Positions 1 to 10,531 of a stretch of DNA of 64,000 bases are shown here, in pieces. Position numbers and translations under genes: made by a program. The stretch covers positions 1 through 64,000 of the forward strand of contig JAGMCR010000015.1 in the NCBI GenBank assembly GCA_023129115.1. Reading direction: 5' to 3'. Numbering within the stretch: the first letter of the stretch is position 1; each line of letters starts with the position of its first letter. This stretch comes from Candidatus Iainarchaeum sp. (GTDB lineage: Archaea; B1Sed10-29; WALL01). Under the pieces are notes generated by a model. The model did not search any database. It was not told where the DNA came from and saw only the letters and a list, made by a program, of their open reading frames with translations.

Positions 1-2
1 AG

Positions 3-3000
3 GCAGGTGCAGCCGAGCCAGAGGCTCCGGCAGAAGCCCCCGAAGAGGTTCGTCTCACCGAAGACTCGCTCGCCGAGGCGACGGAGAAGCAGTTGCGTGG
101 CGAGGACATTCAGCTGTTCCGCGACAAGGTTCATAAAGTGGCGGAGGATGCGCTTGTAGGCAGCGAGGAAGCGATGCTGCAGATTTATGATGTCTTCAAC
201 GACCCGAGCAAGTACGCGTGGATGAATGACGTCGAAAAGCAAGCGATTGTGAAAATCCGCACGGACGCTTCAATCGTCAAGAAGGTTGGCGACGCGCTCG
301 AGCCGAAGGGCTTGGCACGCGAGAAAGTCGGTGCGGCGATTGAGCACCTCGAGTCCTTGAGGGGGGGATGGATTATCCGGAGGAAGCCGGAGTACCGCGA
401 CATCACTGACGTCGCTAATGCGGTGTACGGAGAGCTTGACAAGCCCGTGCCAATGAAGATTAAGGCTGATGACCTCAAGGACGCATACGACTTGATTAGG
501 GAGGGTACTGCAGAAGACCTTCTCGGGGAAATGGCCGAGAAGGCTGACGCGAAGGAGAAGAGAGATAAGACTGCCGCGGAAAAGAGGGACATAGCGGCTA
601 CCGCGGCTGCCACGGTTGCCAGGCTTACGGCGAGAAAGGCGCAGATGGAGGCCGAGGCAAACAGGCTTGCCGGGGAAGTGGCTGACGCCAAGCTGGCGGA
701 CGAGCAGCTCAGCAAGGACTACTTTGAAGAAGCTGTTGCCCAGATGGAGGCGGGCGACCCCACCAACGAAGCGTTCTTCTTTGATTTCCTCAACAAGGCC
801 AGGGAGAAGCTTGAGGCGCTCGGCGTCGGCGAAACAGCCATTGACAACTACATTTCGGTAGTGAGGGAGAATACGCTTCCGGTTGATACCAGGAAGACCG
901 CGCTCGAAGGCCTGCGCAACCTTCTCGTTTCGGAAGTAACGAAAAACGTTCGGGACGCCGAGAGAGTGAAGGCGGAAGAGGCGGAGCAGCTCCGCATTGA
1001 GCAGGAAGCGCAGAAGAAGATTGAGGAAGAGCAGAAGAAGCGCGACGAAGAACAGAAGAAGATTGAGGAAAAGGAAAAGAAGAAGCGCGAGGAAAAGGAA
1101 AAGAAGAAACTCGAGAAAGAAGAGAAGAAGCGGCTCAAGGACGAGTACAGCCGCTCCAGCGAGTCGTTCATGCAATTGATGTTTGTCGGCGACAAAGTCA
1201 AGGACAGGGCCCTTGCAGAAGTGGAAAAGAAGAAGAAAGGCATTGAGACGCGCGGCATGGATATGGGACTGTTTGGGAGGACAATGAAGAAGGGCAAGCC
1301 GAAGAACCAGGACAAGCAGTCGGTCGTGTATGCGAACCGGCTATACCAATTGATTGGCGAGGAAGTCCCACGGTGGCTTACCCCCGATAAGCTGGAGAGC
1401 GCGCACGACAAGCTGATTGATATGGAGGAGAAGAAGGCCAAGAAAAACCTGCCCGCCTACTCCGACCTTGTCGCGGGGAGGGCTAACAACGTAAGGAGCA
1501 TCGTGGCTGATGCAGCAGGCAAGGCCCTCACCTCAGGAGACACTGCCTCGAAGAATCGGCTTATCGGGCTGCTCAGGGATGGCGTGCTGGACAGCGAGGA
1601 GCTGGCTGACTCCCGCCTGGCCGCGGCCAAGGCGCTCATGGAAAGGGGCGCACTGGTCAACAGGGAGTGGTTCACTGACGAGGACATGGAGAAGCTTGCG
1701 CCCGACATCCGCGCGATTTCGAATCACTTCATAAGCACAATTGTGGCAGCGCGAGAGCCTGTGGAGCCTCCTGAAGAAGGCGCTGGGCCGAAGGGCCTGA
1801 CCACGAAAGAAGCCGAAGAGCTGGACTTCGAGAACTACAGGGAGACGGGCAAGCTCTTCAGGCTGTTCAACAGTGGCATGCTTGCCGGCGACGAACTCGC
1901 CGACGAGCGCGTCAAGGCCGCGAAAGAGCTTGGCACCAGGCACTGGTTCGTCAGCCGCAAGCGGCTTACCGAAGAGGACAAGAAAAAGATGACCGAGTAC
2001 GTCGAGACAATGTCCAAGCTTGATGACACGACCGAGGTCATCATGCTGAACATGGAGAACCTCATCAGTTCGCGGGCGCTTTCCCCGGAAGACAAGAAAA
2101 AAGGCGAGGCCACGCTCACGAAGTGGAGGAAGGCCAAGGTGGAAAAGGAAGAGAAGGAGCGGAAGCGCATCAAGCGCGAGGCGCGCCAGCCGATACTTGC
2201 TAATACCCTGATGTCTAACCTAACTCCCAAGCCCGAGCGCGACGAGGTCGAGGCCAAGCTCACGAAGATGTTCAACAACAAGTCCCTTGTGGGGAGCGCG
2301 CGCGGCAACTTCATTTATTACGAGCTGTCGCACGGCAAAAAGTTGGACAAGGGCAAGTTTGGCGCTGGCGAAGTCGGTGCCAACGACAAGGCAAAGCTCT
2401 TCGAGAGGGTCGAGGACTTGCTTACCCGGGACTATACCGAGGAAATGGAGGACAGCCTCTCGAACATCCTGGACGCGGACGTCCTGACGGCCGACCAAAT
2501 TGGCAAGGTCCGCAACTTCCTCGAGGCGGGCAAGGCCGAAAAGGAGCGGCTGGCCGAAGAAGAGAGGCTCCGGCAGGAAAAGGAAAAGCAGGAGCAGGAG
2601 GCAGAGGCGGAGCGCCAGAAGCAGGCCGAAGAAGAGCGCAAGAGGCAGGAGGCCGAGGCAGAGGCCGAGCGCAAGAAACAGGCGGAACTCCAGAAGGCCG
2701 AAGCGGAAGAGCAGCAGGTCAAGGACGAGATTGCGTCGTTGAAGCTGGAAGACCTCGAAAACGCCCTTAAGGAAGGCGATGACTACAAGACCTACTTGAT
2801 GACGCGGAAGGGCTTCAACGATACACAGGCGGACTCGTTCATGTCCAAGCTCGAGACCACGATAGAGCTCAAGGCGGGGCAGATGAAGGCGGCTGCCGAG
2901 AGCCAGTACAAGGACAAGATTCTCACGGCGCAGCGCTTCAAGGGCCGTGAGTTCACTGACCTTATTGCCTTGATTAACGCTGCCAAAGCGGGTACAGTGT

Positions 3001-4817
3001 CTGCGTATCGTGGGCTTGGGATAAACGCGGGCAGGACGGTTTCCGACAGGCGGATGGAGATGGAGCTCAACCTGCTCATAGGCGACCGTCGTGAGATGGA
3101 GGACGAGATTAAGGCCCAGCAAAAAAAGAAGGCGGACGCCATCAAGCTGGGGGACACCCATGTTGCGCTTCACCCAGTAGAAAAAATGGAACTCCCTGAG
3201 CTGAAGAAGCTCTCGCGGCAGGTGGAGGAGACAAAGGCTGCTGACTCGAAGAAGGACTTCGATTACGTTATTGAGCGCGGCAGGGGAATCTCGACGGAGC
3301 AGGCCGAGCACGAGCTTGGGCGGTACAGGGCCGAGAAGGATAAGATAGCCCTGCGGATAAGCGTGGAGAAGGCCAAGCTGGAGAAGGAGCGCCTCGAGAA
3401 GCAAAAGGCTGAGGCCGAGAAGCAGGGGCGCGAGGACAAGAGGACAGAGGCCGAGAAAAAGAAGGCCGACGAGGAGAGGGCCAAGCGCATGGCAGCCATC
3501 ATGCCTGCGGGCTGGGAGGCAAAGAAGGGCGCTGACTTCGACGCATTTTACGCAGACGCCATAAGCAAAATAGGCCCCCTTACTGTTCCAGGCATGGACC
3601 CAAAAGAAAAAGAAGCCCTTGAAAATACCAAGGAAGAGCTCCAGGCAGAAGTCTACAGAAGGGCGCTGCGGACTGCCGTGGACCGCCTCACCGGCTTGTC
3701 CGACAATGACTTCGGGAGGGCGAGGCTGCTCTCCCAGGACCTAAGGGCCTATGGAAACGAGATTTTGACTGGCATCAGGAAGGAAGACGTGGACGAGCTG
3801 AACAGGGGCCGGATGGACCGTGAGCTGAAGCAAATCAACTTCGAGGCCGCGCTTTTGCAGGGCAAGGAGGCGGGGGGGGAGTCCGCGTACTTCTTGAAGG
3901 AGCAGGGCAGCATCACGCTTCCGGCGGACCAGGTCGCGCTGCTGAAGGAGCGCAACGTAAGCCTAGAGAAGCTTGGCGTCAAGGTAGAGGCAGAGCCCAA
4001 GGTCGTCACGGTGAAGAGGAAGGGTAAGAAAGTACCAAAGAAGGAAGAAAAAAAGAAGCCCAAGAAAGAAGAAAAGCCCAAGGAGCCAGCCAAGGTCAAG
4101 GGAAAGAAGGCGACAGAAAAGGAAACAGCAGCGCCTGAAGAGATTGCCGCGGACGTCACTTCCGAAGAGAAAGAAAAGAAAACAGTCACGCCGATGAAAG
4201 TGAAAATGCCCAAGGGCGCAAAGAAGCCGACCAAGAAAAAGCCTGCGACGCCTGACGAGATAGTCGATGACATCAAGGGTGAGGGCACTGGCAAGGAAGA
4301 GCCGAAGTCAGAAAGAGAGGAGCAGCGAAAAGAGGCGAATGAGCTTATCGAGGACCTTTCTGCGCTTATGGGGGGCTTTTTTGAGAGTAGGTTTGAGGTA
4401 GAAGGATATCGTAAAACCTTTAAAAAGATGTTCGAAGAAGAGCCGTATCATGTTTTCCTTGAACAGATAGATAAGTTTAGGGATAACGTGGCAGACACTA
4501 AACAACAGAAGGCCGACAAGGAGTTCATGGCAAGGCAGAAAAAAGAGCAGGACGCCCGGGAAAGAAGGAAAAAAGCCGAAGAACAAATGGAGGCAGACCG
4601 AAAACTAAGAAACACGCGGAGGAAAGTGACCATTACAAAAAGCGAGCTTTTGAAAATTGGGGGCGAGCCCGAGAAAAAGAAGCCCGCGCCGAAGGAAGAG
4701 CCCAAGGAAAAGAAGCCAAAGAAAAAGAAGAAGCCTGAGGAAGAAGGCGAAAGCGCCGAGGACAAGAAACTCGCGGAGATGCTGGCCAAGCAGGAACAAA
4801 AAAAGACGGAAGAGTGA
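3..4817 (+). CDS. Giant Lys/Glu-rich coiled-coil hypothetical protein, 5'-truncated by the window edge
   Basis: Frame is open from position 3, upstream of the TTG at 93. Over 1570 aa of EK-rich helical sequence with an internal duplication (LxDGxLxxxELADxRxxAAKxL twice). Confidence 0.85.
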   Translation, partial: AGAAEPEAPAEAPEEVRLTEDSLAEATEKQLRGEDIQLFRDKVHKVAEDALVGSEEAMLQIYDVFNDPSKYAWMNDVEKQAIVKIRTDASIVKKVGDALEPKGLAREKVGAAIEHLESLRGGWIIRRKPEYRDITDVANAVYGELDKPVPMKIKADDLKDAYDLIREGTAEDLLGEMAEKADAKEKRDKTAAEKRDIAATAAATVARLTARKAQMEAEANRLAGEVADAKLADEQLSKDYFEEAVAQMEAGDPTNEAFFFDFLNKAREKLEALGVGETAIDNYISVVRENTLPVDTRKTALEGLRNLLVSEVTKNVRDAERVKAEEAEQLRIEQEAQKKIEEEQKKRDEEQKKIEEKEKKKREEKEKKKLEKEEKKRLKDEYSRSSESFMQLMFVGDKVKDRALAEVEKKKKGIETRGMDMGLFGRTMKKGKPKNQDKQSVVYANRLYQLIGEEVPRWLTPDKLESAHDKLIDMEEKKAKKNLPAYSDLVAGRANNVRSIVADAAGKALTSGDTASKNRLIGLLRDGVLDSEELADSRLAAAKALMERGALVNREWFTDEDMEKLAPDIRAISNHFISTIVAAREPVEPPEEGAGPKGLTTKEAEELDFENYRETGKLFRLFNSGMLAGDELADERVKAAKELGTRHWFVSRKRLTEEDKKKMTEYVETMSKLDDTTEVIMLNMENLISSRALSPEDKKKGEATLTKWRKAKVEKEEKERKRIKREARQPILANTLMSNLTPKPERDEVEAKLTKMFNNKSLVGSARGNFIYYELSHGKKLDKGKFGAGEVGANDKAKLFERVEDLLTRDYTEEMEDSLSNILDADVLTADQIGKVRNFLEAGKAEKERLAEEERLRQEKEKQEQEAEAERQKQAEEERKRQEAEAEAERKKQAELQKAEAEEQQVKDEIASLKLEDLENALKEGDDYKTYLMTRKGFNDTQADSFMSKLETTIELKAGQMKAAAESQYKDKILTAQRFKGREFTDLIALINAAKAGTVSAYRGLGINAGRTVSDRRMEMELNLLIGDRREMEDEIKAQQKKKADAIKLGDTHVALHPVEKMELPELKKLSRQVEETKAADSKKDFDYVIERGRGISTEQAEHELGRYRAEKDKIALRISVEKAKLEKERLEKQKAEAEKQGREDKRTEAEKKKADEERAKRMAAIMPAGWEAKKGADFDAFYADAISKIGPLTVPGMDPKEKEALENTKEELQAEVYRRALRTAVDRLTGLSDNDFGRARLLSQDLRAYGNEILTGIRKEDVDELNRGRMDRELKQINFEAALLQGKEAGGESAYFLKEQGSITLPADQVALLKERNVSLEKLGVKVEAEPKVVTVKRKGKKVPKKEEKKKPKKEEKPKEPAKVKGKKATEKETAAPEEIAADVTSEEKEKKTVTPMKVKMPKGAKKPTKKKPATPDEIVDDIKGEGTGKEEPKSEREEQRKEANELIEDLSALMGGFFESRFEVEGYRKTFKKMFEEEPYHVFLEQIDKFRDNVADTKQQKADKEFMARQKKEQDARERRKKAEEQMEADRKLRNTRRKVTITKSELLKIGGEPEKKKPAPKEEPKEKKPKKKKKPEEEGESAEDKKLAEMLAKQEQKKTEE

Positions 4818-4855
4818 ATAATCATTAACCCCACCCACGCGCAAAAAGTGAGCCA

Positions 4856-7639
4856 ATGCGTTACGATTTTAGTGCAGCAGAAAAAAAGTGGCCCGAGAAA
4901 TGGGAGGGACTAGGCGCCTCGATGCAGGCCGACGCTGACGCCAAGTCAGCGTCCCCGCCACGCGACAAAAAGTTCTTCATGCACTTCGCCTACCCCGGGA
5001 TTTCCGGGTACCAGCACGTGGGCCACATGCGCGGCTTCTCGTATACTGACATCATTTGCCGGTACAAGCGAATGACCGGCCACTCAGTGTTCTTCCCGAT
5101 TGGCACGCACGCCACGGGCAACCAGGCCCTCGGGTTCGCCAGCAAGGTAAAGAAAAAAGACAAGACCTGGCTCGACTACCTCGAGGCCAACGGCTACCCC
5201 ATGAACGAAATCAAGAAAATGGAGAGCGTCGACACCGTCGTCGACTACTTCAACAAAAACTACCAGGAAAACTGGAGGCTCTTCGGCTTCCTCGCAGACT
5301 TCAATTCATTCACCTGCACGACTTACCCCGAGTACCAAAAATTCATCCAATGGCAGTTCCGCAAGCTCAACGGGCTCGGCCTCCTCGTGCAAAAGCCGTA
5401 CTACGCCACGTTCTGCCCCAACTGCGGCCCGGTGGCAGTCGACCCCAGCGAGACCGACATCTCCAGGGGCGGCACCGCGGAAAAGCACGAGTACACCCTC
5501 CTGAAATTCAAGCTCGGCAGCGACTACATAGTCGCGGCCACGCTCCGGCCCGAGACCGTGTTCGGCCAGACCAACCTCTGGGCAGACCCGTGCCAGGAAT
5601 ACGTCAAAGTAAAAGTCGGCAATGAAACGTGGATTTGCTCGCCCCAGTGCGCCGAAAAATTGTCGTTCCAGAAAGAAGGCGTCAAGACCATCGCGAAAAC
5701 AAGCGGCAGCGAGCTAATCGGCCTCAAAGCGCTCGCGCCCGGGGTCGACCGCGAAATCCCAATCCTGCCCTCCAAATTCGTTGACCCGAACGTCGGGACC
5801 GGGCTCGTGACAAGCGTTCCCAGCGACGCGCCGTACGACTGGATGGCTCTCCACGACCTGCAGAAAGAGGGCAAGCACAAGGACATAAAGGTAATCCCAA
5901 TCATCAAGTCCAGGGGATGGGGCGACACCGCCGCGCTCAGGATTTGCGGGCAAATGAAAATCAAGGACCAGAACGACCCCCGGCTCGAGGACGCCACAAA
6001 AGAAATCTACAAGAGCGGCTTCCACACCGGCGTCATGAACGAGAACTGCGGCGAGTACGCGGGCATGCCGGTCGAGCGGGCCAAGGACCAGGTCAAGGAA
6101 TGGCTCATCTCGGAAAACAAGGCCGACATAATGTACGACCTCAGCGAAGAAGTCGTGTGCCGCTGCGGCGGGCACGTCGTGGTGAAGCTAATCCCGGACG
6201 CGTGGTTCATCAACTACGCGGACGAAGAGCTCACGCTCAAGTCCAAGGGCCACGCAGAGGGCATGGACATAATGCCCGGCCAGTACAAGGAAAACATTGA
6301 GGGCGTCCTCGACTGGTTCCAGGAGCGCGCGTGCGCTCGGCTCGGCAACTGGCTCGGCACGCCCCTTCCGTTCGACGAGAAGTGGACCATCGAGCCCATT
6401 TCCGACTCCACTCTTTATCCGGCGTTCTACGTGGTGTCGCGCTTCGTCAATAATGGAGAGCTGAAAACAGAGGACCTCACCGAAGAGTTTTTCGACTACG
6501 TCTTCCTCGCCAAAGGAAAAGGAAGGCCCGCGTGGGACAAGGTCCGCAAAGAGTTCGACTACTGGTACCCAGTCGACATCAACCTCGGCGGCAAAGAGCA
6601 CCAGACAGTGCACTTCCCGGTCTACATAATGAACCACGTTGCCATACTGCCCGCGGACAAGTGGCCGCGCGGCATTTTCGTGAACTACTGGATAGTCGGC
6701 AAGGGCGGGAAAATCTCCAAGTCCAAGGGCGGCGCGTCCGCCTCTCCACAGGAGGCGGCCAAGCGCTTTTCCGTGGACGGGCTCCGCCTCTACTACGCGC
6801 ACGTCGGCTCGCCGCACACCGACATCGAGTGGGACGAGGACACCGCGTTCTCGTACAAGTCCCACATTGAGGGCATTTACTCGCTGGTGCACCGGTTCAA
6901 GGGCTTCGACAAGGCTTCTTCGCCGATGGACGCCTGGCTCGTCTCGCGCTTCAACACGCGCCTGAAGCAATACACCAAAGCGATGGAAAAATACGACTTG
7001 CGCACCGCGGTTGGTTCCATGCTATTCGACTTCCAGCGCGAGCTCGCGTGGTACGAGAAGCGCGGCGGCAACAGCAAGGCCGCCAAGGCAATAGTCATGG
7101 ACTGGCTGAAATGCCTCACCCCGTTCATTCCCTTCGTCGCGGAAGAGTGCTGGGAAATGCTGGGGTGCAAGGGATTGGTTTCCACGCAGGAAATCCCGGC
7201 GGCGGACGAAACAAAAATCGACGCCCGCGCAGAGCTCGCAGAAGAAATCACGCGCTCTGTCGAGCAGGACATTCTGCACGTAATCCGCCTCGCCAAAATC
7301 CAGCCGAAGAAAATAACTCTCTTCGTCGCCCCTGCGTGGAAGCGCACTGCGTGGGAAAAGGCGCGCTCGCTCGGCCGCAAGACATTGATGCCCGAATTAA
7401 TGAAGCTGCCCGAGCTAAAGTCCAAAGAAGGCGCCGCGTTCGCGGGCTTTCTCCAGAAAAAGTTCCACGAGCTGCGCGACATTCCTGGTGAGGCAGAAGA
7501 AAAAGAGGCGCTGGAGACAGCGGCGGGCTATCTGTCAGGGAAGTTCAATTCAAAAGTTGAAGTAGTACTGGCGTCAGCGTCCAAGCCGCCAAAATCAAAG
7601 AACGCGGTTCCCGGCAAGCCGGCTATTCTAGTTGAGTGA
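4856..7639 (+). CDS. leuS: Leucine--tRNA ligase, archaeal type
   Basis: HVGH and KISKS class I motifs; CP1 editing motifs TLRPETVFG and GTGLVTSVPSDAPYD; C-terminal AVPGKPAI. Confidence 0.97.
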   Translation: MRYDFSAAEKKWPEKWEGLGASMQADADAKSASPPRDKKFFMHFAYPGISGYQHVGHMRGFSYTDIICRYKRMTGHSVFFPIGTHATGNQALGFASKVKKKDKTWLDYLEANGYPMNEIKKMESVDTVVDYFNKNYQENWRLFGFLADFNSFTCTTYPEYQKFIQWQFRKLNGLGLLVQKPYYATFCPNCGPVAVDPSETDISRGGTAEKHEYTLLKFKLGSDYIVAATLRPETVFGQTNLWADPCQEYVKVKVGNETWICSPQCAEKLSFQKEGVKTIAKTSGSELIGLKALAPGVDREIPILPSKFVDPNVGTGLVTSVPSDAPYDWMALHDLQKEGKHKDIKVIPIIKSRGWGDTAALRICGQMKIKDQNDPRLEDATKEIYKSGFHTGVMNENCGEYAGMPVERAKDQVKEWLISENKADIMYDLSEEVVCRCGGHVVVKLIPDAWFINYADEELTLKSKGHAEGMDIMPGQYKENIEGVLDWFQERACARLGNWLGTPLPFDEKWTIEPISDSTLYPAFYVVSRFVNNGELKTEDLTEEFFDYVFLAKGKGRPAWDKVRKEFDYWYPVDINLGGKEHQTVHFPVYIMNHVAILPADKWPRGIFVNYWIVGKGGKISKSKGGASASPQEAAKRFSVDGLRLYYAHVGSPHTDIEWDEDTAFSYKSHIEGIYSLVHRFKGFDKASSPMDAWLVSRFNTRLKQYTKAMEKYDLRTAVGSMLFDFQRELAWYEKRGGNSKAAKAIVMDWLKCLTPFIPFVAEECWEMLGCKGLVSTQEIPAADETKIDARAELAEEITRSVEQDILHVIRLAKIQPKKITLFVAPAWKRTAWEKARSLGRKTLMPELMKLPELKSKEGAAFAGFLQKKFHELRDIPGEAEEKEALETAAGYLSGKFNSKVEVVLASASKPPKSKNAVPGKPAILVE

Positions 7640-7760
7640 TGAGCGCGTCCAGCTTGTTGCTCTCGTCAAGCAAGTTCCTGACTACCTTCGGGACGTCGCT
7701 CACCGGCACGCCGAGTATTTCCGCGACCTGCTTCAGCAGTGCCTCGCTCTCCCTCGTCAT
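7623..7760 (-). CDS. 45-aa protein resembling the AlaRS C-terminal helical linker (not in the ORF track)
   Basis: MTRESEALLKQVAEILGVPVSDVPKVVRNLLDESNKLDALITQLE; its ATG overlaps the alaS stop (ATGA); aligns by eye to AlaRS EMDRLLGEAAGLLMVGDEGVPRAVEKLMADWKAKRKKVDEL. Confidence 0.65.
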   Translation of the reverse strand: MTRESEALLKQVAEILGVPVSDVPKVVRNLLDESNKLDALITQLE

Positions 7761-10474
7761 TTCAGCGTCGCCTCCACGCGCCTGTTCACGTCTTCCATGA
7801 GCTTGTCAATCGCGGCCTTTTGCGACAGCGGAATCACGCCCTCGCCCTTCGTTGGCGGGCCGCCGCCCCCACCGCCGAGCTTCTTGCACAGCTCCTGGAC
7901 TATCTTGCCCGAGCTGATCCCCTCCTTGAGGAACTCTTCGCCAGTGGAAGAGAACACGTACACCTGGTCCTTGATGCCGACCAGGAAAAGGAACGTCCTC
8001 GGGCCGCTCAGCTGCCTCGAAATCTCGCGCAGGTAGTCCATGTTCGCGTTGTCCACTTTGGTAATCAGCACGCGGTACTTCTTGAGCGCGCGCATCTGCA
8101 TCTGCTTTATCTTGCCCTTCGCATTTTTCCTGCGGAGCTCGTCCACTTTTTTGCGCTTGGCCTTCCAGTCCGCCATGAGCTTTTCCACTGCCCTGGGAAC
8201 TCCCTCGTCGCCCACCATCAGCAGGCCCGCGGCCTCGCCCAGCAGCCGGTCCATCTCGCCCAGGTAATTGTCCGCCGCCCTGCCCGCGCGGAACCAGACG
8301 CGCACGATGCCGTCCTGGATTTTTTCGGTGGAAGTAATCACGACTTTCTCGACTTCGCCCGTATTGTCCGCGTGCGTCCCGCCGCACGCCTCTGTGTCCC
8401 AGTCCGGGATGCTGACTATCCGCAATTCCCTTTCGGGGACCGCGCCGCCCTGGTAAAGCCTGAACCCGTACTCCCTCTCGGCCTCGGCGCGCGGCATCAC
8501 TGCCTTGTGCACAGTGCGGCCCTCGGCGACTACCTTGTTCGCGAGGCCCTCGATTTCCTGTACCTGTTCCGCACCCGGGTTTTCGTAATGCGTAATGTCA
8601 AGGTGCGCCTTGGAAACGCCTTTCTGCGCGCCGGCCTGCCACACGTGCTCGCCGAGCACCCTCCTCGCCGCGCCGTTGACCAGGTGCGCCGCAGTATGGT
8701 GCTGCGTCAGCTGCTTCCTCCGCTCGGCGTCGACCTCGCCCTGCACGTCGCCGCTCAGGCGCTTGTCCACCTGGTGCAGTATGACGCCGCTGACAATCTG
8801 CACGTTGTTCACGCGCTCCTTGTTCAAGTACCCGGTGTCGTGGTCCTGCCCGCCGGACTCTGCGTAGAACGCGCTCCTGTCGAGCACGGCCCAGTCCTTG
8901 CCGCCAATCCTCTTGTTGCCCAGGACTTTTGCCTTGAACTTCAGCGGCTTGCCGTAAAACAATTTCTTTGTCTGCGGCAAATCGCCCACGTCAATTACTT
9001 CGGCTTCTTTGTCTTCCTTCGTCATGTGCCTCTCGGTCATTTTCGAGTAAAAGTCCGCGGGCACCTCGAACTTTTTGCCGCTCTTTTCGGCGACTTCCTT
9101 GATTAGTTCGGGCGTGATGCCCTGTGACTCGTAAAGCTCCTGCATCTTGTCCGCGCCAATCGGCTTCTTCGACGCGATGAGGCTCGTGACCACCCTCCGC
9201 GCGCGGTGCATGGTCTGCTTGTACTTTTTCTTCTCCACGCCAAGGATTTCTTTGTACTGCTCCTTGTGCTCCGCGAGCTCGGGGAACAGCGGCTTCAGGT
9301 AGTCCGCGTGCCATGCGCTCACCTCGGCGAGGTCCAGCCCGAAGTTGAACTTTTCGTTTAATCCCATCGCCCTGCGCGCGATTACGCGGAGGTTGTACCC
9401 GCCGCCCACGTTGCTCGGCAGGCCCGAGTCGCTGATTGCGAACGCGAGCGCCCGCGCGTGGTCCGCAATCGCGTAAAGCGCCTCCATTGGCGCGATTTGG
9501 GCGGACAATTCCCTTGCGCCGAGGCCCATTTTCTTGGCAACGCCCGCCCGCGACTTCTCGAGGTCGCGCTCGTCCGCGTTGATTGACCCAGCGAGCTTCG
9601 AGTACTCCAAAAACAATTTCTCGTCGTACTTGACCCCGCTCTCTTTCTTTAGCCTGCCCATCACGGGCCCGAACACCGCGTCGTACGCCGTCGGGGTGCC
9701 CTGCGTAATCCACGTGAACCGCTCGTGGCCCGCGCCCATGTCGATTACTTTCTGGTCCATTACTTTGTAGTTGTCGATTGTCCCGAGGAATTCGGTGAAC
9801 ACCGCGTTGCCGAGCTCGAGCCCGTCCACATAATACTCGAGGCTCGACCCGAACGCGTTTGGCCCCGCCCAGATGTCCTCCGTCCACACGACTTTTTCTT
9901 CTGGAATCCCGAGCGCCTCGGTGAGGAACCGCTGGTCCAGGTCGACGCACCGGTCCTTCCAGTACCCGCCTTTTTCGCCGCTTATCGCGTGCTGGCCAAT
10001 CATGGTGAAGCACGACATGTGCCTCCCCGACACGCCGATGTTGGGGATGTCGTTGAACCGCAGGCAAACCTGCGGCACAACAAGCGGGTTCGCCGGCAGC
10101 TCGAACACGGTCTTCCCCCCCGCGCTGCGCTGGAAGTCCACAATTGATGCAACAGTAAAGTACAGCCCGGGGAACCACCTGCAAATCACGGGGTACCGCT
10201 TTATGGGCGTGTGCCCTTCCTTGGAAAAGAACTTTTCAATCGCGTCCCACGTCTGGATGTAGTCCAACTTCTTTTTTGTTGGCGGCTTGCCGAGGAACTC
10301 GTACTCTCCGCACGGCGGGTCGCCGCACAACTCCCGGTCGGTGAGGCTCCAGAACCACTTGCCGCAGTTCGGGCACTTTTTCCTTGTCCAGCCCTCGTCG
10401 AAGAGCGATACCCTCCAGTACCTGTCCGGGTCCTTCTGGAATAATTTCATGACTCGGCTCTTGTCGATTCCCAT
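7757..10474 (-). CDS. alaS: Alanine--tRNA ligase, archaeal type
   Basis: N-terminal CxxC..CGDPPC; QVCLRFNDI; IDMGAGHER; editing motifs QHHTAAH and ACGGTH; C-Ala GGGGGG. Confidence 0.97.
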   Translation of the reverse strand: MGIDKSRVMKLFQKDPDRYWRVSLFDEGWTRKKCPNCGKWFWSLTDRELCGDPPCGEYEFLGKPPTKKKLDYIQTWDAIEKFFSKEGHTPIKRYPVICRWFPGLYFTVASIVDFQRSAGGKTVFELPANPLVVPQVCLRFNDIPNIGVSGRHMSCFTMIGQHAISGEKGGYWKDRCVDLDQRFLTEALGIPEEKVVWTEDIWAGPNAFGSSLEYYVDGLELGNAVFTEFLGTIDNYKVMDQKVIDMGAGHERFTWITQGTPTAYDAVFGPVMGRLKKESGVKYDEKLFLEYSKLAGSINADERDLEKSRAGVAKKMGLGARELSAQIAPMEALYAIADHARALAFAISDSGLPSNVGGGYNLRVIARRAMGLNEKFNFGLDLAEVSAWHADYLKPLFPELAEHKEQYKEILGVEKKKYKQTMHRARRVVTSLIASKKPIGADKMQELYESQGITPELIKEVAEKSGKKFEVPADFYSKMTERHMTKEDKEAEVIDVGDLPQTKKLFYGKPLKFKAKVLGNKRIGGKDWAVLDRSAFYAESGGQDHDTGYLNKERVNNVQIVSGVILHQVDKRLSGDVQGEVDAERRKQLTQHHTAAHLVNGAARRVLGEHVWQAGAQKGVSKAHLDITHYENPGAEQVQEIEGLANKVVAEGRTVHKAVMPRAEAEREYGFRLYQGGAVPERELRIVSIPDWDTEACGGTHADNTGEVEKVVITSTEKIQDGIVRVWFRAGRAADNYLGEMDRLLGEAAGLLMVGDEGVPRAVEKLMADWKAKRKKVDELRRKNAKGKIKQMQMRALKKYRVLITKVDNANMDYLREISRQLSGPRTFLFLVGIKDQVYVFSSTGEEFLKEGISSGKIVQELCKKLGGGGGGPPTKGEGVIPLSQKAAIDKLMEDVNRRVEATLK

Positions 10475-10531
10475 AACCAGCCCTTATTGACATGGGCAGG
10501 CTTTAAAAAGATTGTCCAATTATCCTATTGC

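Noticed and set aside
185-4856. Many antisense ORFs in the track, here and opposite leuS, alaS and the beta-propeller gene
   Set aside because: Shadow frames of GC-rich coding sequence with biased, non-protein-like composition.
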